Shown here: positions 29,724-38,400 of the stretch, one piece after another | Layout of the letters: the number at the start of each line of letters is the position of its first letter | Position numbering within the stretch: position 1 is the first letter of the stretch | Origin: Vicinamibacterales bacterium | Lineage (GTDB): Bacteria; Acidobacteriota; Vicinamibacteria; Vicinamibacterales; UBA8438 | NCBI GenBank assembly: GCA_965116825.1 | Contig: OZ220736.1 | Span: 5,435,888-5,499,887 of the forward strand | Direction: 5' to 3' | Length of the DNA: 64,000 bases | Notes under the pieces: generated by a model | The model's database searches: none | Seen by the model: only the letters and a program-made list of their open reading frames with translations | Told to the model about the DNA's origin: nothing | Program-made: the position numbers and the translations under genes

Positions 29724-30173
29724 CTACTGCCGTGAACGATCCTCGCAGAATGCCTTCACCGCGTCCATGTCCTGCTCGACCGCCTTGCGGACCACGCCGA
29801 TGATGAGCGGCAGCATCGTCCGGGCGCTCGCGGACTGAGGCTGCGCGTCCATCACCATCTTGAGCGCCGTCCCCTCCCCGTCGGAGACGGTCGTGAAGAC
29901 GGTATCCCAGAGCGTGCCGCCCGCCTCGGACACGAGGCGCACGTGCTCGTTCTCCGCGTACTCGGTGACTTCGAGCTCCGTCGACGCCTCGCGCCCCATC
30001 ATCATGCGCGTCTCGCGAAACCGCGCGCCGACGCCCGACTTCACATCGGTCAGGAACTCGACCCGCAGGATGCCCGGCACCGCCTGCGAGAACTGCTCGA
30101 CGTCCGCAACGGTGCGGAACACCACATCGGCGGGCGCGTCGATCCGCCGGGTCACGGTCACGTTCGCCATCAC
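29724..30173 (-). CDS. SRPBCC-family (START/polyketide-cyclase-like) protein
   Basis: 149-aa ORF. VTRRIDAPADVVFRTVADVEQFSQAVPGI...GVGARFRETR...ELEVTEY is typical SRPBCC. Confidence 0.75.
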   Translation of the reverse strand: MMANVTVTRRIDAPADVVFRTVADVEQFSQAVPGILRVEFLTDVKSGVGARFRETRMMMGREASTELEVTEYAENEHVRLVSEAGGTLWDTVFTTVSDGEGTALKMVMDAQPQSASARTMLPLIIGVVRKAVEQDMDAVKAFCEDRSRQ

Positions 30174-30196
30174 GTCTCCCCTGTTGCGTTCCTAGT

Positions 30197-32107
30197 CTAG
30201 GGCAGCGCGTAGGCGACGATGGTGTCCGTCGCGGCGATCACCACGTACTGCCGGCCGTCGGCGCCCAGGTAAGTCATCGGGTCGGCGTTGCCCCGTTGCT
30301 CGAGCCGGTCGGCCCACAGCTCGCGGCCGGTCGACGCCTCGAGGGCGCGGAAGCGGTTGTCGTCGGTCGCCGCGATGAACAGCAGGCCGCTGGCCGTCGC
30401 GATGGCGGCCGCGCGCCCCGGACGCCCGGTGTTCTGCTTCCCGGCGGGCAGCATGTCGGTGACGCCGAGCGTCCGCCGCCAGGCGATGTCGCCGGTCGCC
30501 GCGTCCACCGCGAACAACTGCCCCCACGGCGGCTTCTGGCAGGGCATCCGCACGCCGTCGAGGTTGACCTCGAAGCTGGCCGGACGCGGCGTCTGCTTCT
30601 CGTACGGCGACGGCGCGCCCTCCTCGGTGGCGTCGACCATCCAGCCCAGCGCCCCGACGTCCATCGAGAAGACGAAGGCGTAGCCGGTCGCCGGATCGAA
30701 CGAGACCCCGCCCCAGTTGGGGCCGCCGACGCCGCCGGGGAAGTTCAACGTGGTGCGCGGCGCGGTGCCCGCCGCCCGGTAGACCCAGGGGGTGAACGGC
30801 CCGGCGTTGTGGATCTCGCCGAGGCTGTCGACCAGCGCGGCGCACGCGGCGGCATGCTCCGGCGTGGTGTCCTCGGCCGTCACCAGGTCCGACGCCTCGT
30901 AGCGGACGCGCCCCATCGGCGGCGGCTTCACCGGAATCGGCTGCGTCGGATAGGCCGCCTCGCCGGGCACGTCGCTGGCCGCGACCTCCAGCTCCTCCAC
31001 GCCATGAATCGGCTCGCCGGTCTCGCGGTTCAGAATGTAGAGGTAGCCGGACTTGGTGGTCACCCCGAGGGCCGGAATCGCGCCGTCCTCGCTCGGAATG
31101 TCGAACAGCGCGGGCGGCGCCGGCGGATCGGCGTCCCACAGATCGTGGTGGATGGTCTGGAAGTGCCAGACGTACTCGCCGGTCTCGACCCGGACCGCGA
31201 CGACCGAGTTGCCGTAGAGGTTCGCGCCCGGCCGGTCGCCGCCGTAGTAGCCCGGAATCGGCGACGCGAGCGGCAGGTAGATGAGGCCGCGCTCGGCGTC
31301 CGCCGTGAAGAAGAACGGCCACGCGTTGGCGCCCAGCCGCCCCTGCCAACTGTCGCCCGCCCAGGTGTCGTGCCCGACGTCGCCCGGCTGGGCCACCGAG
31401 TCGAACTCCCACAGCCTCGCGCCCGTGCGCGCGTCGTAGGCGCGGGCGTTGCCGATGCCGCCGATGGCGCCGGGCGGCGTATTGGCGCCGACCACCACGA
31501 CGTTCCGGTAGACCAGCGGCACGGAGTTGTAGGGGATGCCCAGCCCCACCGAGCCGATGTCCCCGAACCCCGCGGAGGGCTCGCCGCCGGCGGCGTTCAC
31601 GGCATGCAGCCGCAGACCGGTGGTGAACAGGATGCGCGGCTCGTGCTCGTCGTCCCCCGCCCAGTAGGCGACCCCGCGGCGCGACGGCGGCCGGCCGTCC
31701 ACCGGATGGCTCCAGATCTCCTCGCCCGTCTCCGGGCGCAGCGCGACCACGCGGTCCGCGGCCGGCAGGTACATCACGCCGTCGACGACGATGGGCGTCA
31801 CCTGCGAGTTGGGCCCCCGGCCGGCGGGATCCGGAACGGCGCGGTTCAGGTCGTAGGTCCAGGCGCGGGCGAGCCCGGCGACGTTGTCCGGGGCGATGGC
31901 GGTCAGCGGCGAGTAGCCGGTGCCGGCGAGGCTCCCGCGGTACATCGGCCAGTCGGCGCCGGCGGCGTCCGACGACTGGGCTCCCGCGCCGGCCGGCAGG
32001 CCGACGGCGAGCAGCGCACAGGCGCAGAGGATGCTCGCCCGCCGCCGGGCCGCGAATACGGCCGTTCGGGGGTCGCGAGACTGCCGCAGAAAAATCATGA
32101 GTCGCAT
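30197..32107 (-). CDS. PQQ-dependent glucose/quinate-type dehydrogenase, periplasmic (no N-terminal TM domain)
   Basis: ADWPMYRGSLAGTGYSPL...; HHDLWDADPPAPPALFD resembles the mGDH active-site segment. Start at ATG 32105-32107 (MRLMIFLRQ...ILCACALLAVGLPAGAGAQ). Confidence 0.85.
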   Translation of the reverse strand: MRLMIFLRQSRDPRTAVFAARRRASILCACALLAVGLPAGAGAQSSDAAGADWPMYRGSLAGTGYSPLTAIAPDNVAGLARAWTYDLNRAVPDPAGRGPNSQVTPIVVDGVMYLPAADRVVALRPETGEEIWSHPVDGRPPSRRGVAYWAGDDEHEPRILFTTGLRLHAVNAAGGEPSAGFGDIGSVGLGIPYNSVPLVYRNVVVVGANTPPGAIGGIGNARAYDARTGARLWEFDSVAQPGDVGHDTWAGDSWQGRLGANAWPFFFTADAERGLIYLPLASPIPGYYGGDRPGANLYGNSVVAVRVETGEYVWHFQTIHHDLWDADPPAPPALFDIPSEDGAIPALGVTTKSGYLYILNRETGEPIHGVEELEVAASDVPGEAAYPTQPIPVKPPPMGRVRYEASDLVTAEDTTPEHAAACAALVDSLGEIHNAGPFTPWVYRAAGTAPRTTLNFPGGVGGPNWGGVSFDPATGYAFVFSMDVGALGWMVDATEEGAPSPYEKQTPRPASFEVNLDGVRMPCQKPPWGQLFAVDAATGDIAWRRTLGVTDMLPAGKQNTGRPGRAAAIATASGLLFIAATDDNRFRALEASTGRELWADRLEQRGNADPMTYLGADGRQYVVIAATDTIVAYALP

Positions 32108-32171
32108 GGCTGTTGCCGGCCTCCCGCCGGACGGGCAAAGAAGCGGCATTGTACGCCCCTGAACCGTTATA

Positions 32172-32181
32172 AGCTATAGCT
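32172..32181. promoter_or_regulatory. Perfect 10-bp palindrome AGCTATAGCT in an AT-rich patch of the divergent intergenic region
   Basis: It lies between the divergently transcribed quinoprotein genes (starts at 32107 and 32322). It could be an operator or a -10-like element. Sequence pattern only. Confidence 0.2.
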
Positions 32182-32321
32182 CGACAATCGCCGCCGAACG
32201 CGACCCCCAAGGTCGTGCTGCGGCCTCCGATTGCCGCCCAACCGGGCCTGTCTGCGGGTCTGCCCCGTTCCACGGCTCAGACCCGCAGCGCACATGCACG
32301 TGTCCGAGGAGGAAAACCGCC

Positions 32322-34085
32322 ATGCGCCAGCGTCTTCAACGGCCGGCCCTGATTGCGTTCACGTTCGCGTTCCTCGTCGCCTCGGCCGTCCCGGCCGCGG
32401 CACAGTACCAGCTCACGGTCACCCAGGACCGCCTGATCAACGCCCAGGACGAGCCCCAGAACTGGCTCCTGATGAACGGCGACTACGGCTCGCAGCGCTA
32501 CTCGAAGCTGACGCAGATCGACCGCGAGAACGTCGGCAACCTGCGCATGGTCTGGGCGCTCGCCCTCGGCGGGATGCAGGACACCGGCGGCAACGGCCCG
32601 GAGAACGAGAACAACCCCCTCGTCGACAACGGCTTCCTGTACACCAGCGACGGCTGGGGCACGGTTTACAAGATCGACGCGCGCAACCCCGACTACGGCG
32701 AGTTCGTCTGGATCACCGATCCTGGCGTCGACCACGAGGACAACCGCTCGCGCACCCGCGGCATCGCGCTGTGGGAGGACAAGGTGCTCCAGAACCTGCA
32801 GGACGGCCGCGTGCTGGCCATCGACCGCGACGACGGCGAGATCCTCTGGGACGTGGAGGTCGCCGGCATCACCGAGATGGGCGCCCGCGAACGGTTCCTG
32901 ACCGCGCCAATCGCCGCCCGCGGCAAGGTCCTGGTGCAGAACGGGGCCGGCGACGGCGGGACGCGCGGCTGGGTGGCGGCGCTCGACATCGAGACCGGCG
33001 AGGAGCTCTGGCGCTGGTACACCGTCCCCGAGCCGGGCCAGCCGGGCAGCGAGACCTGGAGGGACGACCACAACGCCTGGAAGACCGGGGGGGGCGGCAT
33101 CTGGCAGACCGGCTCCTACGATCCGGAGCGCAACCTCTACATCTTCGGCACCGGGAACCCCTTCCCCATCTACGACCCCGAGTTCCGCCCCGGCGACAAC
33201 CTGTTCACCAACTCCGCGGTGGCCCTCGACGTCGACACCGGCGAGCGGCGCTGGCACTTCCAGTACACGCCCAACGACTCGTGGGACTACGACGAGGTGG
33301 GCGTCCACATGCTCTACGACACGGTCATCGACGGCGAGGTCCGCAACGTCGTGGCCCACTTCGCGCGCAACGGGTTCTTCTATTCCCTCGACCGCGATAC
33401 CGGGGCGTTCATCAAGGGCAACCAGTACGTCAACGAGCTGACCTGGACCGCGGGGCTCAACGCCGAGACCGGCATGCCGCTGGAGTACGACCCGAACCTC
33501 GACGTCCAGATCTACAACGAGGAGGCGCGCGCGCTGCGCGTCGACCGCGACCGGATGAAGCGCGCCTGCCCGACCTGGCACGGCGGCATCGCGCACCAGC
33601 CGACCGCTTTCAACCCGGAGAAGGGAATCGCCTACGGCGGCGGCACGGAGGGCTGCTTCTCGCAGACCGGCGCGCGGGTCGCGTCGCTCGGTCCCGAGGG
33701 AGGCGTCGACCGCGCGAACAGCGAGCGCCGCGAGTACACCAGCGACCTCTACTACGGCTCGATCACCGCCGTCGACACCGACACGCAGGAAGTGATCGCC
33801 AAGGCGGTCACCGAGATCGAGATACGGTCGGGCGTCATCGCGACGGCCGGGGGCGTGGTCTTCTCCGCGCTGCAGGACGGCTGGCTGGTGGCCTACCACG
33901 ACGAGACACTGCAGGAGCTGTGGCGCTTCAACGTCGGCACGCCGCTCAAGGGCGCGCCGGTCACCTACTCCATCGGGCCCCGGCAGTATGTCGCGGTGCA
34001 GGCGAGCGGCCGGCACCTGCACCCGGTGCGCTACGACAACCTGGAGAACTCGAGCTACCTGTTCGTGTTCGCCCTACAGAACTGA
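32322..34085 (+). CDS. PQQ-dependent methanol/ethanol-family dehydrogenase, XoxF-like (D-Y-D motif)
   Basis: 587-aa ORF, GAGGAGG RBS, signal peptide. QNWLLMNGDYGSQRYSKLTQIDRENVGNLRMVWA, GTGNPFP, SWDYDEVG (W321-D324, nt 33282-33293). Confidence 0.85.
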   Translation: MRQRLQRPALIAFTFAFLVASAVPAAAQYQLTVTQDRLINAQDEPQNWLLMNGDYGSQRYSKLTQIDRENVGNLRMVWALALGGMQDTGGNGPENENNPLVDNGFLYTSDGWGTVYKIDARNPDYGEFVWITDPGVDHEDNRSRTRGIALWEDKVLQNLQDGRVLAIDRDDGEILWDVEVAGITEMGARERFLTAPIAARGKVLVQNGAGDGGTRGWVAALDIETGEELWRWYTVPEPGQPGSETWRDDHNAWKTGGGGIWQTGSYDPERNLYIFGTGNPFPIYDPEFRPGDNLFTNSAVALDVDTGERRWHFQYTPNDSWDYDEVGVHMLYDTVIDGEVRNVVAHFARNGFFYSLDRDTGAFIKGNQYVNELTWTAGLNAETGMPLEYDPNLDVQIYNEEARALRVDRDRMKRACPTWHGGIAHQPTAFNPEKGIAYGGGTEGCFSQTGARVASLGPEGGVDRANSERREYTSDLYYGSITAVDTDTQEVIAKAVTEIEIRSGVIATAGGVVFSALQDGWLVAYHDETLQELWRFNVGTPLKGAPVTYSIGPRQYVAVQASGRHLHPVRYDNLENSSYLFVFALQN

Positions 34086-34089
34086 GATT

Positions 34090-34208
34090 GATGTAACCTG
34101 TTGATATGCAAGACGGTTACTAAAATACAGTAGTGGTGTTTACCACGCACGTTACCACGATGTCAGGATCGCGGATGTTGAGGTCCACGTCAGTAACCGT
34201 GTAACCGT
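34090..34208. promoter_or_regulatory. Array of six GGTTAC-core repeats (candidate recombinase arm/att sites) at the left island edge
   Basis: GTAACC at 34093, ACGGTTAC at 34113-34120, TTACCAC at 34140-34146 and 34152-34158, and tandem GTAACCGT x2 at 34193-34208. All lie in an AT-richer 150-bp gap between convergent genes. Confidence 0.35.
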
Positions 34209-34234
34209 TCGGCCAAGCCGGTATCTGGCTGCTT

Positions 34235-35116
34235 CTACCGGTTGAGGGTGCGTTTCCAGTCCTTGCGGAGGGGCCGCAGCCAGATGTCCTTCTTGGGCTT
34301 GTCGGAGCGGTTGTTCATGTTGTAGCGACCGCGCCCCAGGGTGGCGCCGACGCGGATCCAACCGGAGGCCCGGTAGACGGCGCCGGTGTAGCGGGGAGTC
34401 TCCACGAAGGTCTCGATGAGCACGGGGGTCGTCTTGTAGCGCGCGATCCAGTCGGCCGGCAGCTGGCGGCGGACGAGGGCGAGGATGTGCGAGCCGAGGT
34501 TGGGGATGCGGATCCAGGGCAGGATCAGGAAGCGCGGGTTGTCGACGACCAGCGGCAGGTTCTTCTCGCGGTGTCGCCGCGACCAGCCGATGAAGCGGTC
34601 GCGCGGGGCGAGCGTCCAGGCTGCGGTCGAGAAGCCGAGCATGGCCAGCGGCGTGCCGTCGCTCGCGTGCACGGCGTAGCGCATCTGGGCGCCGACCAGG
34701 GTCTTGTAGCCGAGGTAGTGGTAGCGGGCGACGTACTCGTTCCACAGCTTCCCCCCGCGGTCGCCGCGCACGACGGTGCGCATCTCGAGCGGGCGGACGG
34801 CGTCGAGCGTGGTCGGCGGCGGCAAGAGGGGTGGTTCGGTGTCGGGCCCGAAGGTGATCGGCCCGGGCCGGTTCTGGCGCCACTTCGGCGGCGGCAGTTC
34901 GATGCGGCCGTCCCGGTGCATGGCCAGCATGACGACGCGGGCCATCATGTCCTTGTACCCGCCGTCGGCCTTGTACCAGCCGATGCGGCGGCAGAACTCC
35001 TTCGACAGGGCGTGGCGGTTGAGCGCCGGCGGCCCGGCGATCAGCGAGCGCAGCAGCACCATCTCCGCGGTCGTGAAGTCGCGGCCGTAGTAGCGGCACT
35101 CGACCGGAGCGGTCAT
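34235..35116 (-). CDS. DUF4338 (DruA-like) domain protein
   Basis: ATG at 35114-35116 (MTAPVECRYYGRDF...). YHYLGY, RYAV, AWTLAPRDRFIGW, NPRFLILPWIRIPNLGS, ETFVE...YTGAVYRASGW..GATLGRGR match the DUF4338 pattern I recall. The start overlaps the stop of the IS66 remnant (ATGA). Confidence 0.85.
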   Translation of the reverse strand: MTAPVECRYYGRDFTTAEMVLLRSLIAGPPALNRHALSKEFCRRIGWYKADGGYKDMMARVVMLAMHRDGRIELPPPKWRQNRPGPITFGPDTEPPLLPPPTTLDAVRPLEMRTVVRGDRGGKLWNEYVARYHYLGYKTLVGAQMRYAVHASDGTPLAMLGFSTAAWTLAPRDRFIGWSRRHREKNLPLVVDNPRFLILPWIRIPNLGSHILALVRRQLPADWIARYKTTPVLIETFVETPRYTGAVYRASGWIRVGATLGRGRYNMNNRSDKPKKDIWLRPLRKDWKRTLNR

Positions 35117-35391
35117 GTCGGCGCCGTCAGTTCGCGCCGGCGCGCCGCGTCCATCGACCAGGGCAGCCACGCCGCGGTGTCGTCCGGCGGCCGGCCGCCG
35201 CGCTCGGCGCAGGCCGCCAGCCACGCTTCGAGCCAGCGCAGGACATCGATCCGGTTCAGCTTCAGGGTGCCGACCACCGAGTACATCAGCGCCGTGAATT
35301 GCGCGCCGGTTCCGCTGTCGGAGCCGAACGACAGGCGCCGTCCGATGGCCGGCCCCCGGAGCAGCCGCTCGGCGAGATTATCCCGGATCAT
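35113..35391 (-). pseudogene. IS66-family transposase, C-terminal ~90-aa fragment
   Basis: DNLAERLLRGPAIGRRLSFGSDSGTGAQFTALMYSVVGTLKLNRIDVLRWLEAWL matches the conserved IS66 C-terminus (NNxAERxLRxxxxGRKNxLFxGS...). An in-frame TAA lies 2 codons upstream, so the DDE core is missing. Confidence 0.7.
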
Positions 35392-35459
35392 GGGTTATTC
35401 CAGACTCGTTTCGGGACCCGCCGATTCGCCACGCCATCGAGCACAAGATGCCGGAATAA

Positions 35460-36272
35460 TCACAAGCTGTTCAGGAACGCCAGGACAATGTCCTGGGGTT
35501 CGTACCTTTTCATTGGGGTCCCGACAGAGGTCGTTCTCGCCATTGCCCGCTCCTTCAGTTCGAGATCCGCATGCAAATAGATGTAGGTGGTCTCGACGGA
35601 TTCATGCCCGAGCCACAACGCGATGGTTGCACGGTCGACGCCGTTGTGAAGCAGTTCCATGGCGGCGCTGTGCCGCAAGGTATGGGGGGTAACCCGTTTG
35701 TCCCCCAGCGACGGGCAGTCCGCCTGCGCGACAGCCAGGTTCCGAGCCAGGAGATAGTCGAAGCTGTCATGCGTGAGCGGCCTGCCGCGCTGGTTTGGGA
35801 AGATCGGGTCACAGGCCTCGCCGCCGCGCTCTGTCAACCACGCGCGGAGGGCCGCGACCGAGTCCCGGCGCAGCGGGATCGAACGCTCCTTCCGCCCCTT
35901 GCCGTGACAGCGGACATGAGCGCCGTCACCAAAGCGGACATCGCCGCGGCGCAGGCCGATGATCTCCGAACTCCGCATACCGGTCTGCAGCGCCACCAAC
36001 AGCAAGCAGTAGTCGCGTCGCCCGACCCAGCTGGTGCGATCCGGTGCCCGCAGAAGAGCCTCGCTCTCCTCGCGATTGAGGAAGGCGACCTCTCGTCGGG
36101 TATAGCGTTTGGTCGGTATGGCCAGAACCCGTTGAGCCAGGGCTGCATGGTGCGGCTCGTGCAGGGCGACATGAGCGAACAGGGACCGGATTGCAGCCAG
36201 GCGGGCATTGCGGGTACGGACGTCGTTGCCACGCTCATGCTCAAGATTCGTCGAAGTAGGTGCTGCAGACAA
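35460..36272 (-). CDS. Tyrosine recombinase/integrase, catalytic domain intact but N-terminus truncated
   Basis: LEHERGNDVRTRNARLAAIRSLF...RRDYCLLLVALQTGMRSSEI...GKGRKERSIPL...TPHTLRHSAAMELL...LGHESVETTYIYLHAD. The C-terminal ...YEPQDIVLAFLNSL tail resembles recombinase-in-trio type enzymes (from memory). The upstream part abuts the IS630 insertion. Confidence 0.75.
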   Translation of the reverse strand: MSAAPTSTNLEHERGNDVRTRNARLAAIRSLFAHVALHEPHHAALAQRVLAIPTKRYTRREVAFLNREESEALLRAPDRTSWVGRRDYCLLLVALQTGMRSSEIIGLRRGDVRFGDGAHVRCHGKGRKERSIPLRRDSVAALRAWLTERGGEACDPIFPNQRGRPLTHDSFDYLLARNLAVAQADCPSLGDKRVTPHTLRHSAAMELLHNGVDRATIALWLGHESVETTYIYLHADLELKERAMARTTSVGTPMKRYEPQDIVLAFLNSL

Positions 36273-36425
36273 GATTGGTGCTCGCCGCGCGCCGCTCCGC
36301 CCCCAACTGCTGTTTCAGGTGCTCGCGCTGGTCGTCGAGTTGCATACGCACGCCGGCCTGCACTTGTACCACACGGGGGCTCTTGTGTCTGTACCGGAAT
36401 CGGAACACGCCACGAATTTTCCGGG

Positions 36426-37514
36426 CTAGTGTCCTGTATCTAAAATCCGTTCGCAGTAGTGCTTGAGCGACGCCAGGATTTGGTCGGCCGTCTTGGTCCA
36501 GATGAACGGCGCGGGCTGCTCGTTGCAGACCGCCAGATACGCCTCGATCGCCCGTTCGAACTCCGTCGTGCTCCGGTGGGTGCCGCGCCGGATCTGCCGC
36601 TCGGTGAGTGCGGCGAACCACCGCTCGACCTGATTGAGCCAGGAGGCGCTCGTCGGCGTGAAGTGCAGGTGGAACCGCGGCCGGCGGAGCAACCACTCGT
36701 GAATCATGGCCGTCTTGTGCGTGCCGTAGTTGTCCAGGACGAGATGGATGTCGAGTTCAGCCGGCACCGCCGCGTCAATAACCGCCAGGAACCGGCGAAA
36801 TTCTACCGCCCGGTGCCGCCGGTAGCACTTCCCGACCACTTTCCCGGTCGCGACGTTCAGCGCAGCGAACAGCGACGTGGTGCCGTGCCGCCGATAGTCA
36901 TGCGTGCGCCGCTCCGGCACGCCGGGCCGCATCGGCAGCACCGGCTGCGTGCGGTCCAGCGCCTGAATCTGTGCCTTTTCGTCGACACACAGCACGACCG
37001 CGCGCTCCGGCGGGTGCAGGTACAGCCCGACGATGTCACGGATTTTCTCCACAAACAGCGGGTCCTTCGACAGCTTGAAGGTCTCAGTCCGATGCGGCTT
37101 CAAGCCAAACGCCCGCCAGATGCGGCTCACCGTCATCGCGCTGAGGCCGCAGGCCTCAGCCATCGCTCGGGTGCTCCAATGCGTCGCCGCCGCCGGCAGC
37201 GCTTCCAGCGTCTGCACTACCACCCGCTCAACGTCGTCATCCCCGATGCGCCGCGGAGCGCCGGGACGTGGCGCGTCGAACAATCCGTCGCAGCCGGCCT
37301 GCACGAAGCGGCGCCGCCATTTGCCGACGGTCTCGCGCGTCGTACCCAGGTCGTGCGCCACGGCCAGATCGCTCCCGCCCTCGGCGCACGCCAGGACAAT
37401 GCGCGCGCGCGACGCCAGCGCCTGCGACGTCTTACTCCGGCGCAGCCAGCGCTGCAGTTCCTCTCGTTGGTCGGCCGACAACGCCGGAACCTGTCGCGTG
37501 TGGTGGTTCGCCAT
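36426..37514 (-). CDS. IS630-family DDE transposase
   Basis: ATG at 37512-37514 ([13 protein letters not shown]...). HTH region, then VDEK...LDNYGTHK...NQVERWF (DDE). The TAG stop (36426-36428) is made of the TA duplication plus one flanking base. Confidence 0.9.
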   Translation of the reverse strand: MANHHTRQVPALSADQREELQRWLRRSKTSQALASRARIVLACAEGGSDLAVAHDLGTTRETVGKWRRRFVQAGCDGLFDAPRPGAPRRIGDDDVERVVVQTLEALPAAATHWSTRAMAEACGLSAMTVSRIWRAFGLKPHRTETFKLSKDPLFVEKIRDIVGLYLHPPERAVVLCVDEKAQIQALDRTQPVLPMRPGVPERRTHDYRRHGTTSLFAALNVATGKVVGKCYRRHRAVEFRRFLAVIDAAVPAELDIHLVLDNYGTHKTAMIHEWLLRRPRFHLHFTPTSASWLNQVERWFAALTERQIRRGTHRSTTEFERAIEAYLAVCNEQPAPFIWTKTADQILASLKHYCERILDTGH

Positions 37515-37590
37515 CCACGGCCCTCCCTGGCCCGGGAGCGACCGTACCACAATCGACATCCACAGAGAAGACATTTACGATACAGGACAC
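36429..37590 (-). mobile_element. IS630-family insertion sequence, copy 1 (1162 bp) with TA target duplication
   Basis: Terminal inverted repeats GTGTCCTGTATC (36429-36440) and GATACAGGACAC (37579-37590). They are flanked by TA at 36427-36428 and 37591-37592. Confidence 0.85.
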
Positions 37591-37617
37591 TAGACTAACT
37601 GCGGCGATTTGTGCTCC

Positions 37618-37735
37618 TGACTTTTCTGGACAAGCGCCGGGCGCTGCTCAACGCATGGTCCGAGTTCCTTGCCGGCGACGTCGCGGTCTTCGCCGAGGGC
37701 GGCCTCAGCCTGTGTCCGACAACACGGCATGTCGG
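37618..37735 (+). pseudogene. 3'-terminal fragment of a P4-type integrase gene (inverted copy of 53795-53908)
   Basis: It encodes TFLDKRRALLNAWSEFLAGDVAVFAEGGLSL, against TFLDKRRALLDAWSEFLAGEVAVIAEGGLSL at the end of the intact int. The ~115-nt alignment has about 10 mismatches. Confidence 0.7.
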
Positions 37736-38139
37736 CGTCGAACCTGCTTCGGTGATCCACTTCTCCCGCTACAGCTTCGTCCTTGCAAGTCGGTCAAGTT
37801 GATCCTGCATGGGCCAGTATGGGCCAGCTATCATCCTGGACCGGGGGGTCCGTCATGGTGTGCACGGCTTCCGATGCGGTGACCGCGTACACCTATTATT
37901 TACAGATATTTACGGCCAAAGAGAGCGCATCTCCCCTCGGCGTATCCCTCGTTTGGTGTTGGCTCGCAGCGGTTCAAGATCTACGGCCCCGGACGACCAC
38001 GGACCGATTACTTGCGCTGCCACATGCCGTCCTTTTCGCCGCCGCCATCGGCCGTCGCGGGGCCGTGGTAGAATGGGCGGGAGTGCGACGAGGAACCACG
38101 TGCCGGGCTACACTGTAGGGTTGACGGGGTTGACCAGCC

Positions 38140-38400
38140 ATGTCTGATCGGCCAGCGATCCGGGCCGGACAGTGGATAGGTGTCGGCAACTGTGACTGCG
38201 TTGTAGCTGGGGTTCGGCCACCTGGACATGCTCTCGGGGACTGTGAAGTCGTCCATAGCCCGTCGAAACCAACCAACACGGATGTCGTATGGGATGGCGA
38301 TAGATGGAGATTTGTTCATGACTACGGTGGTGGATACGCGGATAGGTATTCACGCTTGGCCGATTATGTTCGCATTCTGAAGAGTGGACGCCCAGGATAA
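38140..38400 (+). CDS. Hypothetical 86-aa protein
   Basis: ORF MSDRPAIRAGQWIGVGNCDCVV...RWRFVHDYGGGYADRYSRLADYVRILKSGRPG. Its TAA overlaps the ATG of the next gene (TAATG at 38398-38402). No recognisable family. Confidence 0.4.
   Translation: MSDRPAIRAGQWIGVGNCDCVVAGVRPPGHALGDCEVVHSPSKPTNTDVVWDGDRWRFVHDYGGGYADRYSRLADYVRILKSGRPG

Noticed and set aside
34235-35116. Druantia defence system, suggested by the DUF4338/DruA-like gene.
   Set aside because: No DruE-type DUF1998 helicase or DruB-D-like large ORFs occur anywhere nearby. The gene is coupled to an IS66 transposase remnant instead.
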